A DNA stretch of 38,511 nt, from assembly GCA_030141605.1 (NCBI GenBank), contig JAQGDQ010000346.1:1-38511 (forward strand), given 5' to 3'. Origin of the DNA: Tubiluchus corallicola (taxonomy: Eukaryota > Animalia > Priapulida). Position numbers and translations under genes: made by a program. The notes below the pieces were generated by a model. That model saw only the letters and a program-made list of their open reading frames with translations, made no database searches and was not told where the DNA came from. Shown here piece after piece: positions 23,295-38,511 of this stretch. Numbering within the stretch: the first letter of the stretch is position 1; every line of letters starts with the position of its first letter.

Positions 23295-23390
23295 AATGAA
23301 CAATTTTTATAGTTTTGACTTGAGTCAGCCGAGAATTGAACCTACGATCCTGGACGGGAAGCGAGCACACTACAACTGAGCTATCTCCAT
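23295..23390 (-). mobile_element. tRNA-derived SINE head
   Basis: The reverse complement has a box A (GATAGCTCAGTTGTAG) and a box B (GGTTCAATTC), followed by cggctgactcaagtcaaaactataaaaattg. There is no complete cloverleaf. Confidence 0.65.
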
Positions 23391-23409
23391 GGTCATTCCT
23401 CTCTCATTA

Positions 23410-23630
23410 ATTGTTGTTGTTGTTGGTGGTGGTGGTGGTAGTGGTGGTGGAGGTGGTGGTGACGGTAATTGTGCTGTTGTTGTTGTTGTTGTAGTTATTG
23501 TTGATGATGCTGTTGTTGTTGTTGTTTTTGTTGATGTTGTTGTAGCAGCTGTTACTGTTGCTGTTACTGCTGCTGCTGCTGCTGTTGTTGTTGTTACCCT
23601 TATTATTATTACTATTGCTATTATAACATT
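23410..23630. repeat. Compound GTT/GGT/GCT/ATT trinucleotide tract
   Basis: Directly visible. Confidence 0.85.
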
Positions 23631-23684
23631 TTTATTATTTGCTATTTTTTACAGACCATGCCACGATAGAAGTTCCATCCAGCG

Positions 23685-26159
23685 ATGCAAAGTGGTGAAT
23701 TTTATGCCTTTTTTAGGCAAACTCTCCGGCTAAAAAGGCGAAAACGAACATATGCGTGCTTTGTGATATGCTGCTTTCTCTCTGTGTGCTACGTAGTTTT
23801 TATGAAGACAGAAACAATGGTGCAGAACTATCACGACAGGATCGCGGAATCTCGAAAACAGTTGAAACCTATGCTAGCCCCTGGAATGAAGCCTGTAGAC
23901 CCCAAGACGCTGTGGCGCATAGAGCATCACGATCCGGGCTGCATACTGAAGCATGCTCCATGGTCAAACTCCGAGTATGCACCAAGAACTGTCGGTAGAC
24001 ATGAAAAACAGAAGATGCTACATTTGTTTAGTACAGTAGACAGAATACTAAGAACTCACAATATAAGATATTTTGTACCAGGAGGAGCTCTTTATGGTAT
24101 GAGTTTAATGCAATTTTTGCACAGTCATCGTAATAACGTCCAAAGTCTCAATATGCTGGTGTTATGAAAAACGATCCTACAATTAAAAACAAGGAAAAAA
24201 GAAAGACAGGGCTATTAAATTAATGGCTCACAGGATTTCAAAAAACGAATAAATATTTTATAAAGTCAGACATTTTCTACCCTTTACCAGTACTGTACAA
24301 CTCTCTAATTTTACGTACTCTCAATATTGTTTTATTATTTGGGGTAGTAAATTATTCACCGAGGCTGGCTAAGCTTTTGTCTTCTTTAAAAACATATTGC
24401 TAGAACCGTTACGGTATAAATAAACAAAGTATGTTTAAACAGATTCTAATATTATTGTCATCATCATTGTCGTCGTCGTCGTCATCAACGTCATCATCGT
24501 CGTCATAATCATCGTCAATATCATCCTCAATGCGACAGTCACGCCATTACTACTGGCCATCATCAAGATCATTATTACTAATGAACTTGTACTATTCTAA
24601 CTTCTTTTTGAACTCGATTGTAGCACATGCCTACTGCTTACTAATAATGGTTGGTGGTCAGCACATTTCATTTCGTATCGTGAAATTTTTAAACTTGCGG
24701 TATTTGCATACTTTTACTGTTTTTTGACATTAAAACTGAATTCAGGAACGCAGCAACCAGCAGTGACAATTATGGCCATTTCCCACAGTATGCGGTAACT
24801 GTGACCATTTCCCATAGTATGCGGTAACTGTGGTCATTTCTGGCAGGCGTCAGCTGATTGACAATCTTCATCGATCGACCAAAGTTTGCTATTTATTTGT
24901 TTTTTCACATTATGCTTAAGATTCAGTAAGTCAGTGCGCTTCAAAATTTCACAAAATCCTGCAATAAGCCAACCCAATGGGGGTTTCTTCATTGGCTAAT
25001 AATGCATCATATCACTTCTGGATTGAATTATTTGTCGACTTTTCCCCTCACTTAGAAAAGGTCGATATTTTCAGTTTACATTTTGTTGTTGAATTTTTCT
25101 TTCACGTAGCCTAATTGACCTTTTACTACCGTTTTATTCATTTCTTTAAAGTTCCCTGCTTGACATTTTTGGAACCACTGGGTGCCTCTTTGGACTTCAA
25201 CGGTTTATGCTTAATTTGACAATTTGGCGAAGCAGTCCTAGGAAAAGCAAATCTAAGAAAAAAAATTTAATTCAAGACCCAGCGTGCACCAAAAATGAAT
25301 TAAATTACGATAAACCTACCAACCTAAATGTGTTTACTTTTTATCACTCACTCGCCCACTCACTCACGCACTCTTTCCCATCTTTTTTAAATGTTTTTCT
25401 TGCTTCCTTCTTATGTTATTTTATGTATCTATCTTTCTTTCTTTTATTCTCCCACTCCCCTCTCTTTTATTTTCAATCATTTTTTCTCTCTTTCTGGCGG
25501 TCTTTACCGCTTCTGTTTATAATACTTTTGTTTCTATAGGTTCATATTTCATGCACGACCTCCTTCCGTGGGATGATGACGCTGACATCTATGTGCACAT
25601 ACGTGACAGGGCAAAAATGGAAGCGGCACTTCTGACCCTCGCCCCGGAGTTCCAGCTGACTAATCTTACTGACCACATGAGCATGAAACTACATTACAAC
25701 TACAATAAACCGAAACGACGCGGCTGGAACTACGACTGGGTGTGGCCTTTTGTAGACATATTTTTTATAGATGAAAACAAGACCCATATCTACCAATATC
25801 CTCTAGGCTATGGCGTACTTTTCGAATATCCGAAGGAGATGATTCTACCGCTTCACCTTCGACCTTGCGCCAACTTTTGGATTCCAGCCCCAAGAGATAC
25901 GCTGAAGTTCCTGTCGCGATACAGAAAGGAGTTCACTTGTGGTCAGTTCGGATGGTCGCACCAAATGGAGTATTATTTAAAGAAACAGTTAGTTAATTGT
26001 TCCTTGTTGGAGGACACATATCCATTTGTGCACAGGTCAGCAACGCCTGGTGGCGTATTAGAGAGATTAATTTTTAATGGATCTGTTATACACTCGTGTT
26101 TTGTGAAAGAGCCAGAATATGCCATAACCAATCCGCACTCTTTTATTCTGCAGAATTAA
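23685..26159 (+). CDS. LicD-family phosphotransferase (fukutin/FKRP-related) type II membrane protein, copy B, catalytic motif intact; 343 aa
   Basis: join(23685..24096,25540..26159), phase-1 intron (TAT G|gtatga ... ctatag|GT TCA) at the same codon position as in copy A. Motifs: KRRKR plus a short TM; YFVPGGALYGSYFMHDLLPWDDDADI; WPFVDIFF; LPLHLRPCANFWIPAPRDT; CSLLEDTYPFVHR. 5'UTR acceptor ttttacag ends at 23654. Confidence 0.93.
24763..24840. repeat. 29-bp minisatellite, about 2.7 copies
   Basis: ccatttccca(c/t)agtatgcggtaactgtg(a/g) at 24776 and 24805, with a partial copy at 24834. Confidence 0.85.
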
Positions 26160-27230
26160 ACTAATAAATTTTTACTTGTTAGTTGTTGACAATACTTTTG
26201 TCTCGCTGGTTATTTCAAACTGTTTTGTTTTCCATCAATTCGTTATTATACAGTGTTTTCTAAGTTTTCCAGAGTTTTTCATAAGCGGGGCTCGCCAAAA
26301 AATAGCTGTCGCATTCAATTAGATATTGACATTTTCCGTTGAGTTTCGAGTTCTATACTGAGCTTTCATAAATGTGATTCGGGCAGCGTCGACACAACAA
26401 TAAAACCAAATTTTTACTTTTGAATGCATATTTTCTATTGGATCAAAATTTTAAAGTGAATTTTATGTAAATGCCTTGAAAAGTTTTTTAACTCTCTTGG
26501 GTTATGCGGAGATTTTGCGTCTAGATATGTACATCACGACCATCAACATTGCGTTGTCGCCGTTTCAATTTTGTCGTGCTGCAAGCGCGTTGATAACTCG
26601 GCTATGTTGCACCTCACTGAAGGAAGCCAGTTTTGAGACAACAGCGATATGATGGGCAGAGGAAAGTGGGGCTGGAATGGCTTCACCTTCATTGTTTTTA
26701 CGTTGGTGGAAATTTGTAGAGGTAAGCATATAATTGCTTTTTTTTCGTTTATTTGGTTGTTTGCTCGTCCGTTCTTTTATTTGGTATTTTGCGTCGCATT
26801 TACTCATTTGTTTGCCTCTTCATTATTTCGTTTAAATGTTAGTCGGTTGTTTGTTGTTTGCTTACTAGTTTTTCGCTTTGTTTACGGTTTGTTCATTTGT
26901 TTTTTGTTGTTGATTGGCTGGCTAGTTGTTCAGTTGGTTGATTTGTAGGTAGGTAAGTTAGTTAGTTGGTTGGCTGATTGGTTAGGTAGGTATGTTGGTA
27001 GGTTGATAGTTAAGTAGGAATGCAGGTAGGTTGGTTGGTTGGCTGGCGCTAGTTGATTGGTTGGTTTAACAGTTGGCTAGTTACCTAAAATGCTTACCTA
27101 AGCAGCTAGCTAAATTGTTAGTAGGTAGCTATTATGTTGCCTAATTTAGCTGATTGGTGGGGTTAGTTGGTATGTTTTACATATGATATGAAAACTTTAG
27201 CAGCGGCGGCAGGATGCAACTGTTAAAAAG

Positions 27231-27235
<5 letters not shown>

Positions 27236-27318
<83 letters not shown>
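27236..27318. repeat. (GA)n microsatellite
   Basis: Directly visible. Confidence 0.95.
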
Positions 27319-27322
<4 letters not shown>

Positions 27323-27849
27323 AATGAGAGTTAGAGAGGAAAACAATGAAAACTTTTAACTTTCGAATTCGCTCTCGTAAAACAAAAGCGCAGTTTTATT
27401 TGTACCACTAAATTGAAAGCAAATTAAGTATATTTTATAGAACCCAATTGTTTGAGTTACAAAACGCGTGTCATTGCCATACAAACAACAAAATGTCAAA
27501 TTTCAATTAAACGAAGTTGTAAAATATTTTACTGCTGCATTTGCTTTTAGATTTACTGTTTAACAGACATTTGAATCACTTCTACATTTCGGCAACACGC
27601 AAACATGCTTTTATAATTTTTGCTTACTAGATATTGTGGTAAAATGACCCGAGTTGGGCAACTGGGCAAGATTAACCAAAAAGGTGGGCGAAAAATTGGC
27701 CAGGCGGCTAATTAATTTAATACCTTTTTGATTGCCCTTCAAAAGGTTGATTACTATTTTTACACATTTGTTATTTGGTCTAAAATATTAGGTATCAGTG
27801 TAAATTTTTTTGCATTTCTAATTTACATGTTTCACACTTTGCAAAATAT

Positions 27850-28160
27850 TAGCTAAAACATACAGAATAAGAGAAACCACCCAGGCACATGGTGATTTCT
27901 GTGCAACCGAAACATAGCTCAGGAAGTTGTAGCCAGGAGATTTTACTTCACTGATTATAGTGTTATCATGGTCCCTGAGCCATCCCAGATGCTTTAGGGA
28001 CTCAGGAGGTGGCATCGGTTTGCTATTTTGTAAAAGTGTTAAAATAGTGAAAAAACGGCACGGCGAATTGCCACCATTTGAATACGCTCAGTGGTTTTAA
28101 TAACAACTAGCAACAATGCAGGTTCCTTACGTTTTTGTTTTAACTTCTGCGTATAGCATG
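27850..28160 (+). mobile_element. LINE (CR1/L2-like) AP-endonuclease fossil containing an internal 66-bp inversion
   Basis: The + strand reads GDFCATET...PRCFRDSGGGIGLLF...PPFEY. The intervening WLRDHDNTIISEVKSPGYNFLS lies on the - strand (27916..27981). Confidence 0.75.
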
Positions 28161-28778
28161 TTACGGTGCGAAGTCACTGTAGTTAATGTGCTTAAATTTA
28201 TAGCCTACATAACAAAAAAGTTAGCAATAAAATTGCTATGCATTTGCAAAGTCGCCACGAACTTGCATTGGATTCATGACATTTTATTTGTGTAATACTT
28301 ACTAAGTAATTTTTCAGAAACAAGTACAAGTCCTCAAAAGACGTTCGTTAACCGACAATTCATTCGCGTCCAATTGCAACAAATAAGTTATTGATTTTGA
28401 GGAATTTTTTTGTAAGTCAAGTAGTCAGTTCTTTTTGATGATCTGTTTTGTAATTGCCTAATCAACCGTGTTATTTTGCGAGTATGACTGTTGTGATTGA
28501 GCATGTAGAACAATAATTATGCTGAATTTGCACATGGATCGGTTCAAAAGCTTTTTCCCTTTCACCAATGGAGAGCTGCAAATAAATCACTTCACATTTG
28601 CTTTACTTAGTTTACCTCTTTCGAAGATGCACAGTTGATGTAGAGGTATACAATCTTTAATTTGGATAAAAAGTAAACTATCAGCGTGACTGGTTTTATA
28701 TGCAAAGGATAAAAACTGCGAAGGAAAGAGGAGGACGAAGGAGAAAGAGATACGGGACAGAAAGGAAGAGTGAGAGAG

Positions 28779-28936
<158 letters not shown>

Positions 28937-29369
28937 GAGGATCACAACGAAAAAAGAAGAAGAGGGGAGAAAGATAGAGATAGAGAGAAAGGGATAGAAG
29001 AGGAAGAGGAGATTTATCATTGGAAAGGACTGTTGCCATGAATCTCTCAGAGTAATTTGATTTCGCACCTAGCCAGATGCATATTGTCAAACGAAAATTA
29101 GTTTACATGTAATTTTATGCGCATAAAATATTATTCTTTAAGCACACCCATGGGAAATAATCCACGTATAAACTGAAGTCTATAATCTATTTGCGTAATA
29201 CTATTTACCCAAACTTCTTTAATTTTTAATAGCCAGACCAGCGAAAGCAACGTTGAAAACTTGGGTAATAAGAAAGAGGATATTCATCTAATTTCAGTGC
29301 AGAGAACTGAGAAAAGATGTAGACGTTTTAGCACAATTTTTAATTACTTTACTTCTACAGTTGCGGCTA

Positions 29370-38031
<8,662 letters not shown>

Positions 38032-38247
38032 CTGCATGTTACTCAATAAATTTTTCGTAGGGCGTAATATCTCACATTATTCCTCTATTAGATGTCCAGC
38101 ATTTATTCTAAGTATCGACAAACAAATGATTAGAAATGAAAGATTAATTTCTCTGTGGCTATCTGCAGCTCTTGGTAAACTGAGAATGTATTCAATCTTA
38201 AAATAATTTGATCAACCCTATCTTCAAGCAGCTGTTCTGGATATGCA

Positions 38248-38295
38248 GAAATTAAGCGGCGGCGGGTCTGGCTAACGATGGGTGATCGCCCAGAA
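38248..38295 (+). mobile_element. Second 5S-derived (SINE3-like) fragment
   Basis: GAAATTAAGCGGCGGCGGGTCTGGCTAAC-GATGGGTGATCGCCCAGAA resembles 5S box A to box C with an internal deletion. Confidence 0.55.
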
Positions 38296-38511
38296 AAAAT
38301 GACGTGGGGAACTTGTCCCTTTTTTTAATTTGCACGCAGCTTTTCTCTGTTCCAGGATATGTGTCCAAGGAAGAATACTTGCTCATATGCTATTTCTTAA
38401 ACGAGAGATAAGAGCAAAGCTTTTCACTTTTCTCAATCTATGGAGACATTTAGAAATGTCCCATTATGAAAGTTTATTCTTGCATATTAGTCTTTTATGC
38501 TATTAGTAGAG

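Noticed and set aside
23295-23390. Functional tRNA gene
   Set aside because: A and B boxes are present but no coherent cloverleaf, and the SINE-like downstream sequence favours a SINE head.

Overview
AT-rich, intron- and microsatellite-rich metazoan genomic DNA, not prokaryotic. A lophotrochozoan such as an annelid/leech is my inference from the gene families and repeat style. By hand-splicing GT-AG exons I reconstruct five genes. (1) The 3' end of an M6PR/ATG27-like type I membrane sorting receptor (+) whose juxtamembrane exon looks truncated. (2) A complete 9-exon cathepsin L-like C1A protease (-, about 520 aa) with an unusual ~180-aa Lys/Glu-rich N-terminal extension, a furin-type RKKR site before the mature domain and many extra cysteines. 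(3,4) A tandem pair of 2-coding-exon LicD-family type II membrane proteins (+), one with an intact PWDDDxD motif and one with an intact ORF but a degenerate catalytic motif. (5) A nicotinic alpha-type Cys-loop channel subunit (+) with a DEG-3/DES-2-like M1-M2 linker and a dismantled acetylcholine aromatic box. Introns and intergenic DNA hold a non-autonomous Helitron, hAT MITEs, tRNA- and 5S-derived SINE fragments, LINE fossils (one with a 66-bp micro-inversion) and many simple repeats. All family assignments come from motif recognition by eye; no database searches were run.
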